Positions 46,923 to 59,484 of a DNA stretch of 64,000 bases are shown one piece after another. A program made the position numbers and the translations under genes. Origin of the DNA: Azolla caroliniana (taxonomy: Eukaryota > Plantae > Polypodiophyta); the NCBI GenBank assembly GCA_043228905.1, contig JBHGNT010000002.1, positions 4,402,001 to 4,466,000 of the forward strand, read 5' to 3'. The first letter of the stretch is position 1. Each line of letters begins with the position of its first letter. The notes beneath the pieces are model-generated. The model saw only the letters and a list, made by a program, of their open reading frames with translations, did no database searches and was not told the DNA's origin.

Positions 46923-49037
46923 ATGAGGGGGTCGGATCTTGCAGAGGCCATGGCTTCGGCCGTGGACCGGATAGTGAGCGCGCGCGAGGGCACCGGCGCC
47001 TTTGACAGGGCTATTGAGGCGATCGTTGGTACGATCGGCCGGTTCAATGGAAAGGATGCCACGAGTTATTTGGCGTCCTACAGGGCGGAGATGTTGATGA
47101 GGGATATTCCGGAAGAGAGGCGTCTTGCCGGATTCCCTCGAGTGGCGATGTCGGGCATCCATGCGGAGGTGCTCGAGGTCCGGGCGGAGAGCCGGACCTG
47201 GGAGGAGTTCGAAGGACGGCTCCTGGAGAAATACGGGTTGGATGACGTGCTTCGACTTTCGAAGCGGGGCTTCATGGAGTGGGTGCAGTCCCCCAACAAA
47301 GGAAGAAATGCGTCGGTACTCCTCCGGGAGTTTGAGGAACGCTTTGCGCGCCTTTCGGCGCTCGATCGGACCGTTCTGGACACAAGTCGTGTCCTACTGT
47401 TTGTCAAATCGGTTGATGCACGGGATCAGGAGCAAGTGGGCTCCTTATTGGAAACCGAAGACAGGCTGACGGCCGGCTGGGCCACGGTAAAAAGAGTCTG
47501 CGGCCGTTTTGACAAAAGGTGGGAGTGGGCTGATACAGGGGCGACCGGGGCGGGTCCTGTCGCAACAAGGAAGCTCGAACCGATACCGCAGGCGCGACGG
47601 GAAGAGACCCGGGAGTGGCTCGAAACCGGTTCGGCTTCGACCGGCGTGGTCAGAGGCTCGTCCGGGGGGACAGCTTTGGAGGAGTTGACACGGGCGGTAA
47701 AGGATCTCCAGATTGCCCAGGCTCGGAGGGAAGGTGGCGAACAGGCTCGTGACCGACGGTCTCCGGCAGGAAATAGGTGCATGTGGTGCGACGAGGTCGG
47801 CCACATCCGGAAAGACTGCGGGGACTTTGCGGAGGCTTTGAGAAGCTGGGTAGTGTACCTGTGGGAAGGTCGAGTGCACGCCATCAATACCCGGAGGGTG
47901 CTGAACCGAAACGACGGGCGAGGAGGAATGAAAAGGCTGATGGAAGAGGCGGCGGCCCGGCACGCGGAGACCATCCACTACTCGGCGTCAGCCGGTATTC
48001 GGGTCGATGGCAGCGAGGCCCGGAAGGGGAGCAAAGCCGGGTTCTGGCCGACGGTGCTGGAAGGCCTCGCCGGTGCCCGACTAAAGAAAGACGAGGCGGA
48101 CCGCGCAGAGAAGCGGGTCCAAGAGGTAACCGGGTGGAGTGACCCAGTCGAAGAAAAGACGGGTTTCGTCGAAGCAGCTTGCCAGAACTACGAGGCTCTG
48201 GTTGAAGACAAATGGGTAGGTAAAACCGGAGGGGCCGGACCCTCACAGAGATACGAAACCCGATTCAGGCCGAAACAGAACGAGGCCGGTGAGACCAGTG
48301 CCCGGGATAACCACAAGAAGGGCGGATACCGGTTGGGCACGGAGATCGAAAGGACCACGAACCTACGAAAGGTCCTGGAAGAACGAATCCTCGACAGCAA
48401 GGTGAAACTGTTGTTGCGGGAGGTGCTCGGAATCGCCAAGAAAGAGTTCCACGAATCCATCGTAGACTTGGTGAAGAGGAAGAGGCTGTCGACGGAGACA
48501 AAACCGGAAAGGCCGGTGGAGGTGCGGGCGACGCACATGGAGGACATGGCGATGGAAGACGAGTGGGCGGAGAGCCACTACTTGAGGCCACACTAGGCCC
48601 AAGCGACCACGGAAACCCCGGTGAAGATCGGAGATGTTCAGGAACCGGTGGTGGCGCTGGTGGATCACGGTTCGGAAATAAACCTGATGTCCATGGACTT
48701 CTACAAGAAGGGGAAATGGCCGATCAACACCAAGCACGGATGGAAGATACAGGCGGCGACTCGCACCATTGAGGAACTACACGGGGCCTGCCCAAACGTG
48801 CGAGTCAAGATCGGCGACGTCGAGATAGATCAACACTTCTTTGTGCAGGAGACGTCCTCGCACCTGGTCATACTAGGAGAACCGTACATTACGGCAGCGC
48901 GGATGGAGACCAAGGTGCTGGACAACGGGTCGGCTTACGCGAGAGTCAAGAGTCAGGACGGGCGTCATTCGATCCAGTTCCTAACGGTGCGACCAAACCA
49001 CGAGCGAAACCGCAAGTCCCTCGATGGCGAGAACTGA
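46923..49037 (+). pseudogene. gag: gag-protease with an in-frame stop at 48594-48596
   Basis: CMWCDEVGHIRKDC knuckle; ALVDHGSEINL protease in the same frame. Confidence 0.85.
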
Positions 49038-49279
49038 GAGGATTTTTAGAGAGGGCTGTCAAGGCGTGGGGCCGCGATAGTTCGGACACTCCGGGAAAAC
49101 CCCACAAATGTACGATAGAGGCGAAACCGAAGAAACCTTGTACCATAAGTAGGAAGTTTTGTTTCTCCGACAACGGAGGGTGTACGATAGTCGGCGTCAT
49201 TAGCCGAGAAAAGACAAGGGCGGAAGAGCGACTTCGGGCGTGCGGAGTTCTCGGGCCCAGGGAGGAAATCAACGGAGCC

Positions 49280-52200
49280 ATGGAGGCAGTCTCCTTCGAC
49301 GATACCTTGGGAGTACTGCGAGAGGTGGTCGGAGAGGGCCTTAAAGAGGACCGGACGATACCGGTTTGTTCAGAAGAGATGTACAAAGTCATCGCGGACT
49401 TCAATCGAGGGCTCGAGTCGGATCGGACGGCCCGGGTTAACACGAAGTACAAGACTGTGGACCGGAAGGTAAGGCCAGTCGCGGCACCCTTACCGAAGGG
49501 CAGCGAGTTGCGAATCGAGGGGGTCGCGTCGGACCCCAGTTTACGAGATCCAGCCTGCATAGGACATGCCTTCACCAAGAGAACGCTATGGGAGCTCAAA
49601 ATCGGTGGGGGCGGGTTCCTACTGCCGGCGGAAGAAGACCGGTTTCGGAGAATGCTTGGAAGGCACGGGAAAGCCTTCGCATTCTCACTGGGAGAGATCG
49701 GGTGCGTAGACCCGACAGTCATGAAGCCGATGGTGATATTCACGGTACCGCATGTGCCGTGGAATCTCAAACCAATTCCGGTACCGAGAGCTCACATCCC
49801 AGAGCTGATGGAGCTGTTGAGGCAGAAAGTCGATATGGGCATCCTCGAACCGTCGAGTGCCCCGTCCTCGAACCGGTGGTTTACTGTACCGAAGAAGAAC
49901 GGGACGTTGCGCTTCATTCAAGACCTGCAACCGGTCAACAGAGTGACCATTCGGAATGCAGGAATCGGACCAACGATAGACGAGTTCACCGAGGCCTTCG
50001 CCGGAAGGTCGATCTACTCGGTCGGTGATCTGTACTCGGGGTACGATCAGTTCCAACTAGCCGTAGAGAGCAGAGACATTACGACGATGCGGACTCCTCT
50101 CGGCCTAGTGCGGATGTGTACCCTACCACAAGGAGGGACGAACTCGGTGGCCCACATGGTAAATGCGATGAACAAGGTGCTGAGGGATTGTATCCCGGAC
50201 ATCACCATGCCATTCTTGGACGACATCCCGATCAAGGGATGTCCGGTGGAGGAAAAGGACGAAACGATCAGACCGGACGGATGCCGGATATTCGTGGCAA
50301 CACACATTGACGACTGCGAGAGGGTGCTGCAGAGGCTAGAGGACGCGAGGCTCACCTTCTCCGGGGAGAAATCGGTCTTCGGGCAATCAGAGATCATGGT
50401 CGTCAGACATCTATGCGGACCGTATGGCCGGAAACCGTCTCCGGCTAAGGTGGAAGCCATCTCCGCGATGAAGCCCGACTATAACTCGATCACGGAGGTA
50501 CGGAGGTTCTTGGGAGCATGCGCATTCTACCACATATGGATCCCGCATTACGCCCACGTTGCCGAGCCGCTATACGGGTTGCTGAAAAAGGGGCGAAAAT
50601 TCGAGTGGCGAGACGAGCATACGGAGTTGGTCCGAAAGATGAAGGAGGCTCTTGTTGCAGCTCCGGCACTCCGGAAGGCTGTCTACGAGAAAGGCACTCC
50701 CGTCTACATGACGGTAGATACGAGTCCGACCGGGATCGGATGGGTTGTCAACCAAGAAGATGAGGACGGCATTCGGTTCCCAATCCGGTTCGGTGCGAAG
50801 GTCCTCAGCGAGCGACAGCGAGGATACGCCCAGGTTAAACGCGAACTCTGGGGTATCGTTTCGGCGGTGAAGGCCGATAAAGACTATCTGATCGGGACAG
50901 AGGTGATTATCGAGACGGACTGCCTACCGATTCTCGGCATAGTTTCCGGATGCGCAACCCCGGACCTGGCAACGCTCAGGTGGATAGCGTACATCAGTCC
51001 CTGGATCCGGAAATACGACACATTTCCAGGAAAGACAATGCCATGGCCGACATGCTTTCGAGGGCGCGATTCAACGATGAGGGCGGCATGGTTTCGGAGG
51101 ACGAGGAAGTCGGCGTGGACTTCTTCAAGGCGGCTTACGTAACAACCGAGGGGGGCAGCACTCCGACGCTTAACGATTTTAACGAGAGCCACTACGATGG
51201 GGCGTGGCTGCAGATTGGAGGATTCTTAAGGACGATGACGCCGGACGCGTCATGGACAAAGGACGAGGCCAACCGGATCCGGAAGAAAGCGTACCGATTC
51301 TTTCTCCGGGACGGATACTTGTGGAAGCACCCGAAGAAGAGAAACGGCATCCCGCTCCGAGTAGTGGTGATGAAGGAGGAACAGGAGGAGTTACTGAAGG
51401 CCTACCACGACCGCCCCTGGGCTGAACACCGTGGAACGTGGGCCACGTTCGAGAAACTAAAGGGGAAGTACTGGTGGCCGGGACTGTACCGGGACGTGCA
51501 TCGGTTCATGACGACTTGTGAGAGCTGTCAGATACACTCCATAGTCTGACATCGGGACGAGCTTCACCCTACATACCCTCCGGCCATCCACTTCAAATGG
51601 ATGGTAGATTTGGTGACAATGCTGATGGGCGTAGGGCAGATGCAATATCTGGTGCTGGCCCGGGAGGACCTGACGAACCAGGTGGAAGGCCAAGCCCTGC
51701 AGAACAAAACGACCGTGGCCATGTGTCGGTTCCTGATCGAGGACGTGATATGCCGGTACGGGTGCGTCGGGAAGATCGTGGCTGACCGCGGGGAGTTGGA
51801 CGCCGAAGAGGCCGAGGAGCTGTTCGACCGGTTAGGGGTCAAGCTCTCGCTCACCACAGCGTACAATCCGGAAGCGAACGGGAAGGTGGAGCGCAGACAC
51901 GGACCGATCGTCAAAGCGTTAGTCCGGGCATGCGGAGGCGAGGTCGGGAACTGGCCACGATTGTTACCTTATGCCTTGTGGGTGGACAGGACAACACACA
52001 GTTCGGTAACCAGGTTCATGCCGTCAGAGCTCATGTTCGGACAGAAGCCGATCATGCCGATGGAATGGACGATCTCCTCTTGGGCGACAGTGGACTGGAG
52101 AGACGAGATGAGCCGGGAAGAACTGCTAGCGGCGCGTATACGGCATCTCGAGCGGAGGCCAGAGGACGTGGAACGAGCGGCGGAGAGACTTCGGACGGAG

Positions 52201-52626
52201 AGGATGACGAACAAAGCCCGGTTCGACCAAATACACTGGCTCCGGCCAAAGAAAATCGAGGAAGGCGACTGGGTGCTAGTCTACGATAGCAGCCTCGACA
52301 ACCAGCACCGAGCAACACGGAAGTTTGCAAAGCAGTGGTTCGGGCCTTACGTGGTAACGAGCGCCAACGACAACGGGACGTATCACCTGGCGGAACTCGA
52401 CGGTACGAGGATGGCGATACCGGTAGCAGGGAAGCAGATCAAAGCATTCAAGAAGCGCCACGACGGCGAACCGGATCTAAGAGGCCTGGACAGAGACGAC
52501 GAACAGTCCGAAACGGAGGACGAACCGATGGACGAAGAACCGGAACTCAGACCGGTTTTCTCCAACCAGAGCACAATTTTGGCGCATACTGGTGGATGCG
52601 CGGTTAGGTGGGGGCGGATGTCGTGA
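49280..52626 (+). pseudogene. pol: pol RT-RNaseH-INT with a frameshift near 50995 and a stop at 51547-51549
   Basis: FLDDIPIKG, VDTSPTGIG, H..RGTWAT..CESC, ADRGEL..YNPEANGKVER, WFGPY. Confidence 0.9.
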
Positions 52627-54740
52627 AGAAAATCGTCCCTTAGCGCAATCGGTGCATAGCGCGCGTGAATCGGCTCTTCACGCGTGCGCGCCCTTTAATG
52701 TATATAATAGGGAATTAGGCATATCCGGGGGTAGTTAGATTCGGTAGGTAGGAAGTAAATGAGGGAGACGGCTCCCTTCCTGAAGCTATAAAAGAGAGGG
52801 AGACGCGGGGGAGAAGGGGATATAGCGCATTGAGGAGGACGAAGTGTTGTCGAACCATAACCGAACGCTTCTCCTCTGTTCATTCTCCATCGCTCTTCTC
52901 TACAGGATTTCGGGAGGCTCGCGCTGCTTCGAGGAACGCCCGTGTGCTTCCGGCAGCACCTCCATCCTACCCCCTTTCATGCGCAGAAGAATAGGCATCG
53001 GCATCTGTTCGCCGGCCTGTTCGGTTGTAACCGCTCGCGTGCTCTGCTGTTTTGTGTCATTTGTTAATATACAAACATTCGTGTCTCTCTGTCTCTGTGT
53101 CCCTTCGTGTTTTCTGCGTTGACGGGCCGTGCCCCCCTGTGTTTCTTTGCTCATATGTGACCGGTCGTCTCTCTCTTTCTCTTTCCCCTTCTATCACCTG
53201 CTCTTCGATCCAAGACCCCGGTGGTCCCGCCTCGTTTCTCCACGCACGCGCGTAGTAACGTGACAACGGGCTCAACAGGTGGCGCCAATAGGGTGAGCCA
53301 TTGTGCCACCGCATGCCATATTTTCCAACCTTCTTTGGCTTCCTTACCTCTTACGGTGTCAATAGCCGCACACAATCCATCGGCGATCAGCATCGGCCAA
53401 TCCACCTTGACCCTTTCGTATGTTCCGATGATCAAGCCTGCTCCGTTCTGAGGCGTAACGGGCGGTCAAGGGTATACGTGGCCGAACTCATGGAGTACAC
53501 GGGCAATTTCTCGGAATAGCATATCTTCTCCGTCGTGTGTCCTGTAGCCCTTGCTGGCCAGAGAATACTCGCCGAAGTATTTGATGAGTTGTTCGGAGGT
53601 AGGGTTGTCAATAGTATAGATGCCCCCCTCCGGAAGGCCTATTAGTGCACGAATCGCTTCCTCCGTGATCAGCTCAGTGTCAATTTCTTTGATGATCTTG
53701 TCGGCTTCTCTGTGTGGTGGTGCTTCCATGATTGTGAGGAACCCCTCCAATCCGTGTTGTCGTAGCCATTTCTTGGCGGCCTCGGAGAGAATCTGGTCGT
53801 CCATGTCTGCGTCGAGGTCGGAGAGCGTTGGTGAGGGTTGTGTATGGGGAAGCTCTGTGTGAGGAGGCTCTGTGTGTGTTGGCTCTCTTCTGATGATCTT
53901 CAAGCGCCTCTGTGCGTTTGTGCTCCTTGGTTCACGAAAGAAGAAAGTCTCGATGCGGGGGGGTTTTCTCTCTGCATCTTGGCACTTTTTTCGAGCCTAC
54001 GCGTGTCCAGGTCGTGTACTATAATAGCATTACGTGCCATGTGGCGGTGGTTTAATGCCCTATTCATAGCCCCCTCGTACCTTTTCGAAGTGCCTATTTA
54101 CTCCTCGTTTGCATGGCCGTTCCCACCACTCCTTTGCATGATTTCTTTTTATTCGTTTCAATTTTTTTTATTTTTTTTATTTTTATTTTTTTAGAGAGAG
54201 AAAAATGATCATAGGGTTAGGGTTAAGGACGATGATAATCATGATAAAGATAGACATGGTGGTTATGATGATGATGGAGAGTATGGGATTGATGGGGAGA
54301 GAGATCATGTGCATTGAGAAGCATTGCGGGGTGGGGGGTGGTACCTAAAATGACTCCACCCCCCTCCCAAGGGGATTCAACGTTGAGGGGGAGAGAGGGA
54401 GAAAGAGAGATGACAAGAGAGAGAGAGAGAGATTGAGAGAGAAAAATGATCATTCATGTTTCATTCATTCCCCATAAGGGGTTAAATAGTACAAGAGGGG
54501 GTAGACACATAGGGCTGTAAGCCCCATTGAGCATTCATACTGAACACTCAATCACACCTCCTCGTATCCATCCACATGCACACACGTTGTCGTGAAGATT
54601 TTCGGCAATAGTGTGAAAATCCTATAAAACGTACGAAATCGAGTATGAATCACGTAGTACAATAACTGTGAAGATAACATTTTTAGATTTAATATCTAAG
54701 TACAAAATGATGGAGGTTTCGAATGCACTTTATTACACGA

Positions 54741-55467
54741 TGTCGTGCCTTTCGGCTCCAGATCGTTTGCGTGAGTCGGGTGGGAACCACTGAGGTTTTG
54801 GACTAGGAAGAGGAGAGTTTTAAGGCTAATAAGAATATAAATATGTTGTAAGAAAGAGTTATAGCAAACTCGTGAATCCCACGAGTGTATTGTATTAGAT
54901 TAATCAATATGAATATAAGAATATAAACTTCGGTTGAAAGAGAATGATATAGAATTCTCGTGAATCCCACGAGTATAGTTTATTAATTGGTGTTTTTTAG
55001 AAACATATCCAGTTTCCAAGTATTTCACACACAATTACATTGTGCTCCCCATCCTTATGTAGTGATGAGGAAGTCTTAGTAATCCATGCTTTTTCTCTAA
55101 CTATAGACCCCATGCTTTTCTTATAGATAGACTATATGCTTTATCTAAAGTGATCATGCTTTTTTCTAACTTGTGCGTTTTTTATCATGCACGCTAGATG
55201 TGTATGTGTAGTTTTTTTTTTTGTTATGCGTTTTTCTAATGTTTATCCTAGCGTGAATTTACCTTTCTATGTGGGACATCTATGCTTTAACACTAATGAA
55301 ATGCTAGTGTAATGGTAAGACATTACATTATTAACATGGAGGTGCAAGGTTCGAATCTTGCCCTATGCATGTTCCATTTATTTTGCTATTTTCTTCTATT
55401 TCTTCATTTTTTATTGAATCTAATACTATATACGTTTTTCACGTAGTGTACAAAATACACTACGACA
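54741..55467 (-). mobile_element. Solo LTR of the 23245/60492 family
   Basis: TGTCGTGCCTTTCGGCTCC...ACTACGACA with TSD ACGA. A/B boxes at 55305-55315 and 55348-55357. Confidence 0.92.
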
Positions 55468-55875
55468 ACGAGAAACGAACAACTAAATGTCAAGATATGA
55501 GGGTATAAAGTTTGTGAAAAGAAAAGAGAAAATTGTGAGATATCCCATATAGGCACGACAAATACGGCTCTCATCATAAATAGGTTGGAGCAAAAGATAT
55601 TATCTTTGTGTCTATGTGTGGAGCATAGAGAGTTCAAGGTAACTTGAACTAAGAGTGGAGGTGGCTAGCTACTCGTAAAGGGTTTTGGCCAACCAAAACC
55701 GGACCAGCGATGGAGCCGGCGAGGCACCGGTAACCGACGGCATCCGGCGGCGGCACCGGTATCCGGCGTCGGCATCCGACGAGGCACCGGTATCCGGCGA
55801 CGGTATCCGGGGAACCGGCGTCCGGCGACTAGATAAAATAAATATATAAATATATACATATTTACATATACAAGG

Positions 55876-55945
55876 AGGGCAAGTATGGATTCGAACCCTG
55901 CACCTCCAAGTTAGGAGTCAAATGGCTTACCATTAAGCCATGGTA
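55876..55945 (-). promoter_or_regulatory. tRNA-like Pol III promoter in LTR (antisense to the LTR)
   Basis: Minus strand: A box TGGCTTAATGG (55940-55930) and B box GGTTCGAATCC (55897-55887). Confidence 0.72.
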
Positions 55946-56473
55946 TTTAGTTGAAATTATATTTCTATCATTGTACTTTTACATGTAAATTCTCATACAT
56001 GAGAGCTAAAATGAGTGACATGGTTAGCATGCACCACATGTAATACTTAAGCGCCAAATGGCAAACATGCAATTTATGCATGTCTTGTACCCTCACATGC
56101 ATCATATGCATGAGAGCATCTATAAAAGAGGGAAGGGTGAGGAGAAAAAACATGGTTTTTTTTTATGAAAATTAAGAGGAAGAAATTCGTTTTCAAATCA
56201 ATCGTGTAATCTCAACTTCTCTCTTTCCCAATCTATCTTAAGTACTTTCTCGCCAAAGCTTGTATCGACTCTAAATCCTTCTGGTCCAGAACCCCGGCGG
56301 TTCCGCCTCACGATCCGCGCGTAGTGACGGATCTTCACGACAACGTGTGCATGTGTTCACATACGTATAGACTCACAACTACATTTATACCCCCTACACA
56401 TACACAACATCATGATAACATTCGACCCTCGCTCATCACACTTGACTCTCCGTACATCTCGTATGGGGTAACA

Positions 56474-57015
56474 TATGGTAGTAGTTAGGATAGCTAATTA
56501 GCTACTTTTCTCAACTATGGTAATAGCTAGGATAGCTAATTAGTTACTTTACACAACTATGGCAGTAGCTAATTAGCTTGTAGGATAGCTAATTAGCTAC
56601 AATGATAGCTAATTAGCTACTTTCTCCACTATGTAGTAGCTAGGATAGCTAATTAGCTACTAGGATAGCTAATTAGTTGCCAGTAGCTAATTAGCTAGTA
56701 GGATAGCTAATTAGCTTTTTTACACAACTATGGTACTAGCTAATTAGCTACTAGGATAGCTAATTAGTTACTTTACACAACTATGGTACTAGCTAATTAG
56801 CTATGAGTAGCTAACTAGCTGCTAGTAGGATAGCTAATTACCTAGTAGCTAACTAGTTGCCACTTAGCTAATTAACTACTGTAGTAAACTATGGCAGTAG
56901 CTAATTAGCTAATAGGATAGCTACTAGCTGCTTTAATCAACTATGATAGTAGCTAATTAGCTACAACGATAGCAACAAAATAGTTTCCATACTTTTTACG
57001 GCTTAGCTAATTAGA
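56474..57015. repeat. TAGCTAATTAGCTA minisatellite (right half of a split array)
   Basis: Same units as 42165..42707. Confidence 0.92.
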
Positions 57016-58429
57016 AAAGACTAAGATTATTAGCTACAGTATGGTATACCTGTTAGTTTTCTCCACTCATTTGGTAGAGTTGTACTGCAATCTCCCAAAC
57101 AGAATGCAGCAATTCGACAGGCATGTTGAAAACAAAGCAGATGGTATGTGTGGTTGCATGGTTGTAGGTGAACCAACAAAGACGCAGTTTTGTCCTCCAC
57201 ACCTAACCCGCAAGCGATGCAACGTGCTTGAACTGTCAATAAATCATTTTCTAGTTCTCCTTCATTTGGTAAGGGAGCAAGAATGTTCAGGTCCAAATCC
57301 TGTCTGCTCCTTACCATTCCCTGCACAAAATGTAGTTGCTTCTTAAGGCAGCTAACTACCTGTTCTTGATGAATGTATTGTTCCTTCAACGCAACAGAGA
57401 AATTTACCGATTAATTATTCCTATCTGAGAAAGATACACCAACTTTGCTCAAGAATCGTTAACTTACTTGAAACTTTTCCAAATTGTAATCTGCAACAGT
57501 ATTTACACCTAGAAGGTCCAAGCTCATTGAAAGAACCTGGAATCTCTGTTTGCAGTTGTATTTTACGTTGGGGATCCAGTGGCCCCTCTAATTCAAGCTC
57601 CTGTTGTGCAACCTATTCCAGATAATGCTTGATTAGCACATTTTACCCTTAAAGTTATTTATAACACAATCACATACCAGCAAAACAATAGTTATCTAAA
57701 TCTTATTTCTAATCGTTGTAACAACAGAAGTAACTTTGCTCTCCATTGCAGAAGCCATTGTTGCTTTCTCTAAATCAGTCTTAAAAAATGCCAATGTCTC
57801 ACAGGCTTCATGGACATTTTTTAGCATATATAGCTAACCAATGTCTCACCTGTATCATCGACATTGGCTTTCCTTGGGTGTCGGTGTGGTGTATGCCCCC
57901 AATTTTGCTGGGAGTCGGCAATTGCATCAACAACTGCCATGCTCCAAAATCTGTCTATTTTTTGTGCCAAGGTCCCCATCTTTCGACATCTTTTTACCGA
58001 TGCCTCACCATAGACTGCCCAAGCTACCCTATACATTTCAGGGCCTCTAGATTCCTTCGTTGTTTTGCAGTACTCATATGCAAATGCTCTAGCAAATGAA
58101 ACTGACAACTCATTGTTGATTGGGATTTCTTGATGAACTTTCTGGTGCAGCCTCATGCAGTCATCGTACAAGTCAGCTCGTACATGCTTCAGCTTGACCT
58201 TGTCGTTGACTCTAGGCACTGTATATACTGTCATCCAGTCTACATCACTGATCAATTTATCACTTAGTACAACAAGGTCAACACCCTCGAGTGACAGACC
58301 ATAAGTGTTGTGGAAGTCCTCCTTTGTCTCCCAAAATTTTGCGAAGTTTAGCACTCTCGGATACGGAGGAACGAGCCATCTGAAATATCATTTCAGAAAT
58401 CAGAAATAGTGCAAAATTAGAATATGTTA

Positions 58430-58880
58430 GAATCAAAAACCCCAATCAACAGCAACAGAAATAGTGCAAAATCATTAACTTAGCAAATCAGAAACCCTAA
58501 TCATAATTTGTATTCAGAAATTTGAAATCAGAAACCCTAATCAAAATCTGTAATCATAAGTTTGTAACCATAAACCCTATTCCGAAATTCTAATCGGAAA
58601 TTTATAATCAAGAACCCTAATCAGAAATTTCAATCAGAAACCCTAATCAGAAATTTCAATTACAAACCCTAATCAGAAATTTATAAACAAAAACCCTATT
58701 CAGAAATTCTAATCTGTAATCAAAATTTGTAACCAGAAACCCTATTCAGAAATTTATAATCAAAAACCCTAATCAGAAATTTCAATCAAAAACCCTAATC
58801 AGAAATTTCAATCACAAACCCTAATCAGAAATTTATAAACAAAAACCCTAATCAGAAATTTCAATCAAAAACCCCAATCA
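58430..58880. repeat. About 25-bp tandem repeat containing AAACCCTA (telobox), in predicted intron 1 of the cargo gene
   Basis: Units like AAACCCTAATCAGAAATTTCAATCAG. Confidence 0.85.
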
Positions 58881-59484
58881 TCACTAATGACAAGATTAAA
58901 CACAAAAAAAGTAATATAAACACTTGATGCTACTCCCCGATCTGTGAGACATCCTTGTATGGGACTCCAAGGACTTCGCCCTATTCGATTTTGGGGAAAT
59001 ATGAATTAGCACCAAAGTTCAAACAGTAGTCAAAAAGAAAAAACAAATGTTTGGGGTTTTTGTAACTGAAACATACCTGGACGATGATCGAGCGGGTTCT
59101 TTGTTGTAGCTCTGAATCTGCAATGTCGATTTTCTGTTGCTGCGGGAGCTACGTCTGCATTCATGCTCTGAGTACTCCATCTGCGTTCAAAATCAAACTT
59201 AGGCTAAACAGGAAATGGATGACATTGAAGTCGACCTTAGATGATGGTGCTATTCCCCAAGTTCCACTACGTCTGAAACAGAAGTTCAAATATTTGAGTT
59301 TTTTCATAAATCAGTTTTTCAAATATTTGATTTTCCCACAAAAAAGACTAGCTAAACAAATAGCTAATTAGCTATAGCCTTTTTCTTTTCTTTTTTCAAA
59401 AGAACATATCCTTCCATTAGTTTTTAGAAAAGTCATAACAACAACATAGTTATGGCCATTTTAGTAGCTAATTAGCTATAATAG

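Larger units (their letters stand above)
46232..53265 (+). mobile_element. Full-length Gypsy (tRNA-Trp primed, no chromodomain), mildly degenerate
   Basis: 647-bp LTRs at 46232..46878 and 52619..53265, TSD ACGG, PBS TGGTGAACCCGACG at 46883-46896, then gag, PR, RT, RH, INT. Confidence 0.95.
54588..56342 (+). mobile_element. Gypsy-lineage solo LTR (about 1.02 kb net) containing a nested solo LTR
   Basis: 12-bp terminal inverted repeat TGTCGTGAAGAT...ATCTTCACGACA, TSD ACGT, TATA near 56121, GC-rich CCGGCG repeats at 55700-55830. Confidence 0.87.
42708..56473 (-). mobile_element. Gypsy-derived unit lacking pol, carrying a long accessory ORF; its two ends are not homologous
   Basis: TG...CA ends with TSD TATGG. 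LTR-like 42708..43101 with PPT complement ATTCCCCTTT. Broken minus ORF from 53903 to 43282 (coiled-coil-like), split by two inserts. Confidence 0.68.
41618..59180 (-). other. Predicted multi-exon cargo gene with a RING-H2 finger
   Basis: Exon 59180-59077 splices in frame to exon 58379-57850. Exons at 57400-57790 are unresolved. The RING exon (CIAC..PCNHTYHLLC..CLGDC) ends at a donor at 57050 that splices in frame to an acceptor at 42153 (ORF 41618..42124). Confidence 0.62.

Noticed and set aside
57030-58354. Ordinary host RING gene
   Set aside because: It lies between the TIRs and shares the element-specific intronic minisatellite, so it is treated as transposon cargo, although capture from a host gene is possible.
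58430-58880. Interstitial telomere or chromosome fusion scar
   Set aside because: The AAACCCTA motifs are single and spaced within a longer unit, not tandem TTTAGGG.
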